Virus record (IMG/VR): IMGVR_UViG_3300028599_000009 | Coordinates: 1 to 42,421 of that record | Reading direction: 5' to 3' (one strand) | Length of the DNA: 42,421 nucleotides | Source of the DNA: a virus | Taxonomy: Duplodnaviria; Caudoviricetes | Shown here: positions 29,785-37,522 of the stretch, piece after piece | Layout: every line of letters starts with the position of its first letter | How positions within the stretch are numbered: the stretch's first letter is position 1 | Notes under the pieces: model-generated | Database searches by the model: none | What the model saw: the letters and a program-made list of their open reading frames with translations, nothing else | What the model was told of the DNA's origin: nothing | Program-made: the position numbers and the translations under genes

Positions 29785-29981
29785 GACTCGGGCCTCAGTT
29801 TGCCGATTGCTTCAATGTGGTTAAACTTACTTTCTCTGCCTTCACAATCAATGATTGCCTGCATAGCAGCATCCAATACCTTGTTGATGATTTCTTTTGC
29901 TGATTCTGTATCAGGACAATCCATTCCATTGACGTGAACATCTGGTAAGTACTCATCGGCTATTTCATCTTGTAAGCTCAT
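29781..29981 (-). CDS. Hypothetical protein
   Basis: Coupled ORF. Confidence 0.65.
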   Translation of the reverse strand: MSLQDEIADEYLPDVHVNGMDCPDTESAKEIINKVLDAAMQAIIDCEGRESKFNHIEAIGKLRPES

Positions 29982-30127
29982 TCTGATTCCTCTCGTTTAA
30001 CCCATATCGCCCATAAACCACAATGCGGGCATTTGGTCTGTTTGTGTGTTTTCCTTTTCTTCTCTACCCATTCAAACCATGCCATATAAGCAGAAGGGCA
30101 TGGGGTGTGGTTGCATTTGCTTTTCAT
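29978..30127 (-). CDS. Small zinc-binding hypothetical protein (49 aa, ...QTKCPHCGLW)
   Basis: Read manually; ATGA coupling. Confidence 0.6.
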   Translation of the reverse strand: MKSKCNHTPCPSAYMAWFEWVEKKRKTHKQTKCPHCGLWAIWVKREESE

Positions 30128-30233
30128 CTTATCCACTCCATATCCACCATCCGACAAACAGTCCGAGTGAAAAATAAACCGCTAATGCAAGTATTATAAG
30201 TGTCGTCTTCATTTAATCCCCCTGGCGATATAC

Positions 30234-30524
30234 CTACGCCTGTTTTCTATCCCATAATTCGGTTAATTTAGCTCTTTCCTTGGTAGTAAAAGGACCGCCA
30301 AAAGTAGGTGCTGTAATAAGTAAATTCTGTGTATGCTCATCTAGTTCATTCCATGCCTCAGAAGCCCCTAGATCGTCCTCCTGCTCCAATCTAAGCTTTA
30401 TCTCATCTATGGACGGCCAGTTGCTCCAAATCGCCTTACACAGCCTTACAGTGCGTTTGAGTTTGTTTTCAAGTGCGGACAACTCCTTTTGTCGCGCATC
30501 TTCTTTGATATTACTTATATCCAC
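30234..30524 (-). CDS. Hypothetical protein
   Basis: GTG start overlapping the SSB stop. Confidence 0.65.
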   Translation of the reverse strand: MDISNIKEDARQKELSALENKLKRTVRLCKAIWSNWPSIDEIKLRLEQEDDLGASEAWNELDEHTQNLLITAPTFGGPFTTKERAKLTELWDRKQA

Positions 30525-30928
30525 TAGAACGGGATATTATCGTCAAAGTCATCTACAGGCTGTGTAGGCGCAGCTTCAGAGGTTTGTGTCTGAACAGTCT
30601 GTCCAGGTGCATCAGGCCGAATCCGCACCCCTCCAGTCAGCTTTCCGGCATATGAGACAGTCTTGTCATTAAACATGGTTATCTGTTTGCCGATCCAGTT
30701 ATCAGTTTCAGGACTTTTCAGTGCCATAGCGGCTAATTGCCCGTTGGTTGAATTCAATACCAGTGGCTTGCATTCCTTGAAATTAAGAATGTATTTATAT
30801 TCTGGCGGTTCGTTATCTCTTGCGAGGTTTTCTTTGCTTATTCCTGCAATCGTCGCGGTCAGTTCATTTTCAACGTCATGCTTGGTCAGGTACTTGCTCT
30901 CTTTCAGATCATCAATGTGCATATTCAT
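30524..30928 (-). CDS. Single-stranded DNA-binding protein-like
   Basis: SKYL...KPLVLNSTN...WIGKQI core; acidic DDFDDNIPF tail like the bacterial SSB C-terminus; GGAG RBS before 30928. Confidence 0.7.
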   Translation of the reverse strand: MNMHIDDLKESKYLTKHDVENELTATIAGISKENLARDNEPPEYKYILNFKECKPLVLNSTNGQLAAMALKSPETDNWIGKQITMFNDKTVSYAGKLTGGVRIRPDAPGQTVQTQTSEAAPTQPVDDFDDNIPF

Positions 30929-30950
30929 GCTCCAGTTCGTGTGATAGCCA

Positions 30951-31145
30951 TTAAAACGGAGGGCTATCGGACTCCGTATCTTTGTGTTCATTAATTAATT
31001 CCTGCTCAAACTCTACGGCATCCTCTTCAGATGAGAAATAAGCCGCCTCTGGGAAGGGATTATCATCAATATAAAATTGCACAACCCAATGCGCCGGAAT
31101 TCCCTGGAAAGCCGCCTGATAGAAAGTTTCTTTATGACGGCTCAT
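30951..31145 (-). CDS. Hypothetical protein
   Basis: ORF within the operon. Confidence 0.6.
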   Translation of the reverse strand: MSRHKETFYQAAFQGIPAHWVVQFYIDDNPFPEAAYFSSEEDAVEFEQELINEHKDTESDSPPF

Positions 31146-31320
31146 TTTCTTTCCCCTTTATATATCTAACTTCACCCACTACCCCTTCAATCTGAGGATA
31201 GATCCCATCCCACCTTTCAGCTAATTCATGCATCTTGCGGGTTTCTTCCTGCCACTTACCTCTCCATCCTTCCAGCTTCTCTTCTTCAGCCTGGATGACT
31301 GCATCGCCTATCTTGCTCAT
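31132..31320 (-). CDS. Hypothetical protein
   Basis: Coupled ORF. Confidence 0.6.
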   Translation of the reverse strand: MSKIGDAVIQAEEEKLEGWRGKWQEETRKMHELAERWDGIYPQIEGVVGEVRYIKGKENEPS

Positions 31321-31592
31321 GATTCATGACCTATTGCCAGAAGCTCTTGCTTACGTGTTTTCAGCACAGTGATGCTAGCTTCAGATTTCGCCATGATTTC
31401 AGTTATTTTTTTATCAATAGATGCGATTTCGTTATTAACTACAACCTCCTTTGGTAGCTCTGGAAAATCAATCTCTACAGCTTCAGTCAATATGACATAA
31501 CCCTGATCTGTGTAATATGATAAATCTCCATCATCCTCGACTGGACGGCTATCACTGTAATCTGTCTTCAATAATACAATCTTCTTTTTCAT
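31317..31592 (-). CDS. Hypothetical coiled-coil protein (start MKKKIV)
   Basis: AGGGGA RBS. Confidence 0.7.
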   Translation of the reverse strand: MKKKIVLLKTDYSDSRPVEDDGDLSYYTDQGYVILTEAVEIDFPELPKEVVVNNEIASIDKKITEIMAKSEASITVLKTRKQELLAIGHES

Positions 31593-31594
31593 AT

Positions 31595-31909
31595 TTATTC
31601 CCCTATCTCTTCGCAAAACTTGCGGAATTCCTCGACATTAATTGGCTGGAATTTCCCATTACAATCAACTTTCGCATATTCGGTTTCAGATTCACCACTC
31701 GCAAAATCAATACCGATAAATATTTTATTTGTCAGATCATCACACCTCGACCCCTCGTACCCTGTCAGATAATGCTCAGGCTTGCCGGTTAGCGGCCTGT
31801 CAGGGTTTAGTGACTTGTCGCCGTATTTAGGTCCAGCATTAGCGTTTGCTAATGATTGACTTTGAGCAATTGCAACATCTCTCCACAGTTTTTTCAAAAT
31901 CTCATTCAT
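31595..31909 (-). CDS. Hypothetical protein
   Basis: Coupled ORF. Confidence 0.65.
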   Translation of the reverse strand: MNEILKKLWRDVAIAQSQSLANANAGPKYGDKSLNPDRPLTGKPEHYLTGYEGSRCDDLTNKIFIGIDFASGESETEYAKVDCNGKFQPINVEEFRKFCEEIGE

Positions 31910-32186
31910 GATTCAGTTTCTCATCAATGGCGATATATTCAGCTTCACTCAATACAGGCATTCCAGTAATGTCGGTATATGATTCTGCGCTTATAGCGAT
32001 TGATTCAAGTAGATCATCGTTGTCATCGTGCAGATCAAGGATGAAATCACCATTATCAACGCCAACATCTTTAAGCCGAAGTGCTTCAAAAGCCATTAAC
32101 ATTGACTCATACGAGTCGTATTCAGCTCCGATACCTGTTAATCGAGCATCATTATTTGAATCAATAAATATCATTTGCATATACAT
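31902..32186 (-). CDS. Acidic hypothetical protein
   Basis: AGGGGA RBS; strongly D/E-rich. Confidence 0.7.
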   Translation of the reverse strand: MYMQMIFIDSNNDARLTGIGAEYDSYESMLMAFEALRLKDVGVDNGDFILDLHDDNDDLLESIAISAESYTDITGMPVLSEAEYIAIDEKLNHE

Positions 32187-32201
32187 ATCTAATCCCCTGT
32201 T

Positions 32202-32390
32202 TTAGTCTGTTTGCGGTGCCGTTTTGGCTGTTCTTTCGGGCTTAGGCTTGGATACCGGCCTAACGGGGTGCAGTGAGCACGTTGTCACCGTGCAGGCCCC
32301 TACCTGCTGCCTCCAGTTGCCTTCTCCGTATTCGTCATATATGCATGATTTACACATATCGTTGATGGCTTTTCGTAGGCTCAGTTTCAT
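32202..32390 (-). CDS. Cys-rich zinc-binding hypothetical protein
   Basis: RKAINDMCKSC...C....C.LHPVRP. Confidence 0.7.
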   Translation of the reverse strand: MKLSLRKAINDMCKSCIYDEYGEGNWRQQVGACTVTTCSLHPVRPVSKPKPERTAKTAPQTD

Positions 32391-32602
32391 TCTTGATCCC
32401 CGTATTTCTTATCTGATTGCTTCTTTGCCCCTTCCATAGCCAGCTTTATGTTTGCGTGTACATTGTCATAGTCTTCTTGCAGAAGCTGGCTCATGCTCTC
32501 TTCTTCGCTTTTGACAGCTGGCGGGATGACCTCGATTGCCAGCAATATGAGGGCGATGAGTATTGAGATATGCAACCAGTATTGTGTGAAGAAATCAGTC
32601 AT
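32387..32602 (-). CDS. Membrane-anchored hypothetical protein
   Basis: N-terminal TM helix. Confidence 0.6.
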   Translation of the reverse strand: MTDFFTQYWLHISILIALILLAIEVIPPAVKSEEESMSQLLQEDYDNVHANIKLAMEGAKKQSDKKYGDQE

Positions 32603-32768
32603 TTAATTTATACTCCTGATTGAGATCCTTAAGCATTTCATGCTTGCCCTCAAGAATGGCAATACGTAAAGGCGACTCAAAAAGTTTAATCAATTCATCA
32701 TCGTCTACCCTTCCGTCAAACTGCCTGAAAAGCTTCAGTAATTTTTCAGCGACTTCTCTAGTATTCAT
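32595..32768 (-). CDS. Hypothetical protein (57 aa, MNTREVAEKLLKLF...)
   Basis: Read manually; fills the gap with overlaps on both sides. Confidence 0.6.
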   Translation of the reverse strand: MNTREVAEKLLKLFRQFDGRVDDDELIKLFESPLRIAILEGKHEMLKDLNQEYKLND

Positions 32769-33054
32769 CGCTTAGATCCTCAATTGTTTTTATGTAGCCT
32801 TTAGTGTCCCAGTTACCAGATTCATACTCCTCTTGCGTTAGCCACCAAGCAGGTGACTGTGATCTGTCACTAGGATTAATCCAAAATACTCGCGGCTCTG
32901 GCTTTATGCGCCATTCAAAGCCAATATTGTTAAAATTCGCTGGTGAACATAAATCTTCCCATCCGTCAGCATAGTTCCTGCGCAATTGTATGGATTTACC
33001 ATCTGCAAATGCCTGAATAATCGGCAGTAACTCTTTAGCTCTTTCTCTATTCAT
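32758..33054 (-). CDS. Conserved phage hypothetical protein
   Basis: MNRERAKELLPIIQAFADGK...WRIKPEP pattern common in phages. Confidence 0.75.
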   Translation of the reverse strand: MNRERAKELLPIIQAFADGKSIQLRRNYADGWEDLCSPANFNNIGFEWRIKPEPRVFWINPSDRSQSPAWWLTQEEYESGNWDTKGYIKTIEDLSDEY

Positions 33055-33370
33055 TGTCCATTACCTCTCTGACTTTAGTTACATAAGCCTCGTCCCAATC
33101 GCCTGGGTTTTCTTCCCGCAATTCAGTCAAGTGTCTGATTGCTTCCTCTTCACTGCCTTTCGATGTAGACATGTTATTACCGTTGTTGAAAATCATCGTC
33201 CAATATTCTTTTGTGCTCTTCTGCTGATCCTTAATGTATTGCTTACCATCAGCAAATGATCGTTTCATCAGATTATTAATGATGGTAATAGCATCTGCTT
33301 CGGTGTATGTGTTGTGAGCCTTCAGGATCTCGATAGTTTCCAGGGCTCGTTTTGCGTCGTCTCTGTTCAT
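33047..33370 (-). CDS. Hypothetical protein
   Basis: Coupled ORF. Confidence 0.7.
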   Translation of the reverse strand: MNRDDAKRALETIEILKAHNTYTEADAITIINNLMKRSFADGKQYIKDQQKSTKEYWTMIFNNGNNMSTSKGSEEEAIRHLTELREENPGDWDEAYVTKVREVMDNE

Positions 33371-33582
33371 GAGTAAAGTTCCTCTCTTGCTCTTAGTTCC
33401 GCCTCAGATTCATAATTCCACCACTTTTTAGGCTTTACGGGACAGCTGATCATTCTTTCTCTGCCCTCATGGATATCGTCGAATTCCCTGGAGGGCTGTA
33501 AGCCCTTCGCCTTTGTCTTAGGAATATCGTAATAATCATCATTATCAGGGTCGTAATAGTGCTTGTTGTACCCGAATCTCAT
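33367..33582 (-). CDS. Hypothetical protein
   Basis: Coupled ORF. Confidence 0.6.
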   Translation of the reverse strand: MRFGYNKHYYDPDNDDYYDIPKTKAKGLQPSREFDDIHEGRERMISCPVKPKKWWNYESEAELRAREELYS

Positions 33583-33848
33583 TATTTAGTACCAAGGGTT
33601 AGCTTGACTTTAAACTCTTCGCCACAGGACGCTCCGTTAGCGTCACTGGTGGTTACCCATTCACGTTCTACTGCTATCAGGCTTACTTTCATGCCTGTAT
33701 CGCCTTGAACCTGATTAGCCAGGTTATTAATCATTCTAGCCATGTTCTCTTCTGTTGCTTTTACGTCGTCGTTAATCATTGCATCCACCTCGTTGGAATT
33801 AGCCTCAATGTCTTCTATGTTGCGTTCTTTGAGTTGGTCGATGTTCAT
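33582..33848 (-). CDS. Hypothetical protein
   Basis: TAATG coupling. Confidence 0.65.
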   Translation of the reverse strand: MNIDQLKERNIEDIEANSNEVDAMINDDVKATEENMARMINNLANQVQGDTGMKVSLIAVEREWVTTSDANGASCGEEFKVKLTLGTK

Positions 33849-34078
33849 TACAGTAGTTCCATCAATGCTTCATGGGTAGCCTCATATGCCGGTTTCTGTC
33901 CATGTCCTGACCTTATCGCCTCTCTTATTTTATCGCTATCAATATTTCTGCATGTTTGAACAATCTGGGTGTGATTAAAAAGTGCATATAGGTCCGCAGC
34001 TTCGTCTGGCGATTCAATTGTTATAATTAAATTGAATGGCTCATAAGTTTTCGTCTCTTTGTGTGTCTTTACTTTCAT
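33848..34078 (-). CDS. Hypothetical protein (start MKVKTHKE)
   Basis: AGGGGA RBS before the ATG at 34078. Confidence 0.7.
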   Translation of the reverse strand: MKVKTHKETKTYEPFNLIITIESPDEAADLYALFNHTQIVQTCRNIDSDKIREAIRSGHGQKPAYEATHEALMELL

Positions 34079-34234
34079 ATCTATTCCCCTGTTAAGTTGG
34101 TGCCGGTTACGCTGTCCGGCGTCACGCTCTACCAAAGGTTCGAGTTGACTGATTTGTGGCGGCAGGCTTTGGGCGCGGCTTAATCTTAATGCGCGTTATG
34201 GCGTTAGCTCCGAATCCGCCTACTTGTCTGCCAT

Positions 34235-34394
34235 TATTTAGTGATATGGGCTGGTCATTACTCCAGCGACCCCACAAGCGATTATTTGATTCCGTGCCAG
34301 CTACAGCACCCGATGGGGCTACGGTGAGCCTTTTAAGTGCATCCTCATTCAACACTGCGTTTCTATGATTTCAACGCCGCCATATCAGTAAATA
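34235..34394 (-). ncRNA. tRNA-like unit A
   Basis: Closing stem 14/15 bp; CG linker; GCGTT-loop-AACGC arm; GCTGG-AGTAATGA-CCAGC arm abutting the 3' strand. Confidence 0.6.
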
Positions 34395-34403
34395 TTAAAG
34401 CTC

Positions 34404-34540
34404 TTATAAGAGAGGGCTGGTCGCTAGTCCAGCTGGCGTTTATCGTCGTCACCAAGACGTTACTGCTCCTACGTTTTTAAAGGCCGAGCCGTTCTGCCTA
34501 TATAGCGTGTCTCCGATTCTCCACGCCTCCTCTCATATAA
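34404..34540 (-). ncRNA. tRNA-like unit B
   Basis: Closing stem 11/12 bp; AG linker; GCGTG-loop-CACGC arm; GCTGG-ACTAGCGA-CCAGC arm. Confidence 0.6.
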
Positions 34541-34546
34541 AAACTC

Positions 34547-34660
34547 TTATAGGTGAGGGCTGATGAACCTTACAGCTCCTGTCGCAGACCCCATGCCTTG
34601 ATTACTTTCGGGTACCCTGCTCTTGACGTATAAGCGCATGTTATGCCACCTCACCTATAA
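34547..34660 (-). ncRNA. tRNA-like unit C
   Basis: Perfect 12-bp closing stem TTATAGGTGAGG/CCTCACCTATAA; TG linker; GCAT-AAC-ATGC arm; GCTG-TAAGGTTCAT-CAGC arm. Confidence 0.55.
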
Positions 34661-34664
34661 AAAC

Positions 34665-34747
34665 TTTATAGGGTGTGCTCTTCCTGCCTTGCTCTGCCTG
34701 GCCGCACTAGACACAGCAGACATGCGACGAAGAACACACCCTGTAAA
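34665..34747 (-). ncRNA. Long-stem unit D
   Basis: 17/19 bp inverted repeat enclosing a TCTGC...GCAGA hairpin. Confidence 0.55.
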
Positions 34748-34945
34748 ACTCTATGCACGTCCTTGTGCGATTGTCCTGTTTGGCCGTAGCCACGAATGCT
34801 GTCTATCCAAGCTGTCTTAAGCTTTCGCCATCCGAGTCGTATCGGAGTCCACCTTTAATCCAAGGTCGGTATTACTCAATTATCATAGTAATAATAATAA
34901 ACATCTAATCTCATAATCGGATTGACCGCTGCTAACGGCTAGTTA

Positions 34946-35464
34946 TCAGGAAGGTTTAGTCTCCTTTGTTGCTTGAATTGCCTCAATATTTTTTAGATAA
35001 TATATCGAAGCCTCGACTTCTTCATCAGTCAGATCTCTGTCTCTTACCAGCCTTGATATACTGAATACGATGCCTCCGTGGCGCGGACACATACCAATGG
35101 AATGGTCAGACCTTTGGTCGCCAAAACCATCGTAATTCTTCACGCCAATATAGCTGCTAGTTAATGCTGCAGGATTTTCCGCTAACTTTAGAATGGCGTC
35201 ATTGATTGCGTCTTTTCTACAGCTTTTGCCGTGTCCACGACTGCCTACAACGGGCCTTGATGCAGAGCCACTAATTTTAATGACTGATTCAGCAAGAGCT
35301 ATAGTATCTGTATTAAGCCCGATATTTTCTTGCTCAAGCATTGATTTTGTGGTGTGAATATTAATATCTAATGCTTTAAGTTCACGCTCATGGTTTGTAA
35401 TCAATATTTTGCGTTCTTTTTCTAGGCGATTAACCTGTTTGAATAAATTCGCCAGCTTGCCCAT
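34946..35464 (-). CDS. Conserved phage hypothetical protein, first gene of the left early operon
   Basis: 172 aa; N-terminal coiled coil; GVKNYDGFGDQRSD...GMCPRHGGIVFSI motif. Confidence 0.8.
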   Translation of the reverse strand: MGKLANLFKQVNRLEKERKILITNHERELKALDINIHTTKSMLEQENIGLNTDTIALAESVIKISGSASRPVVGSRGHGKSCRKDAINDAILKLAENPAALTSSYIGVKNYDGFGDQRSDHSIGMCPRHGGIVFSISRLVRDRDLTDEEVEASIYYLKNIEAIQATKETKPS

Positions 35465-35504
35465 CTCATTCCCCCGTGTTAAATATATTTGCTTCGATGT
35501 GGTT

Positions 35505-35533
35505 AGTGTGGCACAATTGTATTACACGGTCAA
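35505..35533 (-). promoter_or_regulatory. Leftward early promoter in the divergent control region
   Basis: Minus strand TTGACC-17 nt-(TGc)CACACT; spacer contains GTGTAATACAA, a possible RHH operator. Confidence 0.55.
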
Positions 35534-35553
35534 GCACATTTAGGAATTATTTT

Positions 35554-35697
35554 ATGGCAATAGAAAAACTAGAAAAATATGTCATTGTAAGGGTGACAGA
35601 ATCAGAAAAGCTGAAGCTAGATAAGGTGGCGGATCAGAGAAGCAAGACCCCGAGCATTATGCTACGGGAATATATAAAGAGACTGAGGGTTAAATAA
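35554..35697 (+). CDS. Ribbon-helix-helix (CopG/Arc-like) regulator in the Cro position
   Basis: YVIVRVTESEKLKLDKVA...TPSIMLREYI; AGGA RBS before 35554. Confidence 0.75.
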   Translation: MAIEKLEKYVIVRVTESEKLKLDKVADQRSKTPSIMLREYIKRLRVK

Positions 35698-35894
35698 TGA
35701 ATGTAAAAAAGAAGACACCAATAAAAATGTATTCTGTTGTGTATTGGAGTAAAGATAATGGCTGGTGGACACAATTATATGGAAGTAAATTGAATGCCGA
35801 ATGCTGCAGTAGAACAAAGAATTTTGTTGGCATGAGTGAAGTAGACTGCTTATTACCGCTTGATAAGGTGACAGATAATGAAGAAAAAAGCTAA
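35697..35894 (+). CDS. Hypothetical protein
   Basis: TAATG coupling. Confidence 0.6.
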   Translation: MNVKKKTPIKMYSVVYWSKDNGWWTQLYGSKLNAECCSRTKNFVGMSEVDCLLPLDKVTDNEEKS

Positions 35895-36033
35895 AAAGAA
35901 AAGCCAGAAGACAAAAAGCCAGTTCAGGAAGCGCAGGGATATTTTTGTATATGAAATTAGTCTGCGAGTAAATTCTAAAGATATTGAATTCTTTGACTTC
36001 ATAGCCAAAGCCAGCCGGGAGGGGAGATTGTGA
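35878..36033 (+). CDS. Basic hypothetical protein (51 aa, MKKKAKKKSQK...)
   Basis: Read manually; AAGG RBS; coupled to the next gene. Confidence 0.55.
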   Translation: MKKKAKKKSQKTKSQFRKRRDIFVYEISLRVNSKDIEFFDFIAKASREGRL

Positions 36034-36221
36034 GGGAGCTTATTAATTCTATATTTATTATTATTTTCCAAGTAACGGCTATTTTAGCTGCTGCTATATT
36101 TCTATATGACGGTGATTGTAAGTATCTAATGGTTGCTTTAAACATGATGATATATTCAAAACTTTTAATGGTGGAAAGGAAGCTGGCGGACGAGGCAGAG
36201 AGGTTAGCGGGGGAATCATGA
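36030..36221 (+). CDS. Small membrane protein
   Basis: Hydrophobic helix; coupled. Confidence 0.55.
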   Translation: MRELINSIFIIIFQVTAILAAAIFLYDGDCKYLMVALNMMIYSKLLMVERKLADEAERLAGES

Positions 36222-36454
36222 GTGATCGAGTACAAGAAATCATTGAAGAACTAATATTAACTGCGCCATTAGATGACATTCCATCTGAGGAGGACAGGGC
36301 GAGCGCAGCCAAACAAATTCGTCAGCAGATAGGGCGGGAACTGCTTGATAAAACAGGCAATGCCGTGTCTATACCTGAAAGCAATAAGTGGGCAGACGGG
36401 TGGAATGATTGTAGGGATGTAATAAGCGAAGCCTGCCAACTGGAGGAAGCATGA
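36218..36454 (+). CDS. Hypothetical protein
   Basis: ATGA coupling; DGWNDC motif. Confidence 0.65.
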   Translation: MSDRVQEIIEELILTAPLDDIPSEEDRASAAKQIRQQIGRELLDKTGNAVSIPESNKWADGWNDCRDVISEACQLEEA

Positions 36455-36744
36455 CAAAATCAATCGATGAATGGGCTGCTGAGCAGTGTGGTGTTGACTT
36501 TATTGCGAATCGTTATGGTTGGTTTTTGTATCCAGTTAATCATGCGATCACTGAAGACGTTCATGCTGTCAAATGGACCATCAAAGATCCGCGATGCCGG
36601 GAGATTGTACTTGATTGGATAGCAGAGCATCCTGAATATTATAGATTCCTTCATGGTTATATTAACAACTGGATGGCCGGTAAGATGAAAAAATCAGAAG
36701 CAGAAATATCCTGCATAACCGCAATATACGAGGCAGAGAAATGA
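36451..36744 (+). CDS. Hypothetical protein
   Basis: GGAGG RBS, coupled. Confidence 0.7.
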   Translation: MTKSIDEWAAEQCGVDFIANRYGWFLYPVNHAITEDVHAVKWTIKDPRCREIVLDWIAEHPEYYRFLHGYINNWMAGKMKKSEAEISCITAIYEAEK

Positions 36745-36938
36745 GCGAATATAAAATAGTAACCGCAGCTGAACAGGACGTCTTTTTTGATGGCGAACCA
36801 AGGCTAAAGTTCTCGCCAATGTCATTAGTGCTTGCAGTATTAAATCACTGGTCTGATGATCCTGAAAATATAATTGACGATGGTGGTATACCAAGAGAAT
36901 ACACAGTTAGGGTAACTGTTGAGGTAAAAGAGAAATGA
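36741..36938 (+). CDS. Hypothetical protein
   Basis: Coupled. Confidence 0.65.
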   Translation: MSEYKIVTAAEQDVFFDGEPRLKFSPMSLVLAVLNHWSDDPENIIDDGGIPREYTVRVTVEVKEK

Positions 36939-37111
36939 CAGATATATCACAAGCAACATTCTACCGATCCAGAATCAAGGATCTATCAGACCAGGCTGGA
37001 ATAATGGACCCTATGGAGCTATCCAGAGCCCTGGCAGAGCTGGCCTTTCAGATCCATTCAGAAGCGGCGGTGAATATGGTACAAGAACTTGAGCTTGGGA
37101 GGGTGAAGTGA
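36935..37111 (+). CDS. Hypothetical protein (58 aa, MTDISQATFYRSRIKD...)
   Basis: Read manually; coupled at both ends. Confidence 0.6.
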   Translation: MTDISQATFYRSRIKDLSDQAGIMDPMELSRALAELAFQIHSEAAVNMVQELELGRVK

Positions 37112-37335
37112 GTGAGGAATTAAAGCCGTGTCCTTGCGGAAATGTACCTGATGAACTGCATGTTATTGATACAGGCCAAGGTAGTAAATGGGCAATGTGT
37201 TTTGGGTCATGCTGTAATGAATGGAGTATAGAATTTAAAACACAGTATCATGATTTTTCGTCTCAGGAATGCATGGAATTAGCAATAGAGGCATGGAATG
37301 CAGCGCCAAGAGCCAACAAACCAACAGAGGAATAA
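37108..37335 (+). CDS. Lar-like zinc-finger protein
   Basis: EELKPCPCG...AIEAWN. Confidence 0.65.
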   Translation: MSEELKPCPCGNVPDELHVIDTGQGSKWAMCFGSCCNEWSIEFKTQYHDFSSQECMELAIEAWNAAPRANKPTEE

Positions 37336-37345
37336 CGGGGGAGAT

Positions 37346-37513
37346 ATGAGTGATTTACATCCAGGGTTAAAACATGAGCAGCCTGAATATGCGGCTGGAT
37401 ATGAGCAAGGCAGAGCAGATGAGCGGGAGCGGTGTATGGATGCTATTTACAAATGCGAAAACTTAACGCCTGCACAACAATATTTTGCTATCGAAGCCAT
37501 AAAAGCCGAATAG
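37346..37513 (+). CDS. Hypothetical protein (start MSDLHPG)
   Basis: GGGGAG RBS; GYEQGRADERER motif. Confidence 0.6.
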   Translation: MSDLHPGLKHEQPEYAAGYEQGRADERERCMDAIYKCENLTPAQQYFAIEAIKAE

Positions 37514-37522
37514 GGGGTTGAT

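Larger units (their letters stand above)
34096..34890 (-). ncRNA. Tandem array of structured non-coding RNA units, three with tRNA-like geometry
   Basis: Adjacent units closed by 12-19 bp inverted repeats, separated by conserved linkers; no credible ORF; strand inferred from the flanking operon. Confidence 0.7.

Noticed and set aside
34556-34660. Hammerhead ribozyme suggested by CTGATGA on the plus strand
   Set aside because: No correctly placed GAAA core and stem II on the same strand; the sequence is explained as the T-like arm of unit C on the minus strand.
34235-34660. Canonical tRNA genes
   Set aside because: No GTTCRA T-loop in A/B, no 7-nt anticodon loop, no CCA, and the units are too long.
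34235-34755. CRISPR array or TIGR array
   Set aside because: Linkers are only ~14 nt and degenerate; units are 80-160 nt and self-paired; no cas or Nop-domain gene was recognised.
34122-34820. ORFs 34122-34355, 34156-34368 and 34623-34820
   Set aside because: No RBS, atypical composition, and they overlap the structured array; likely spurious.
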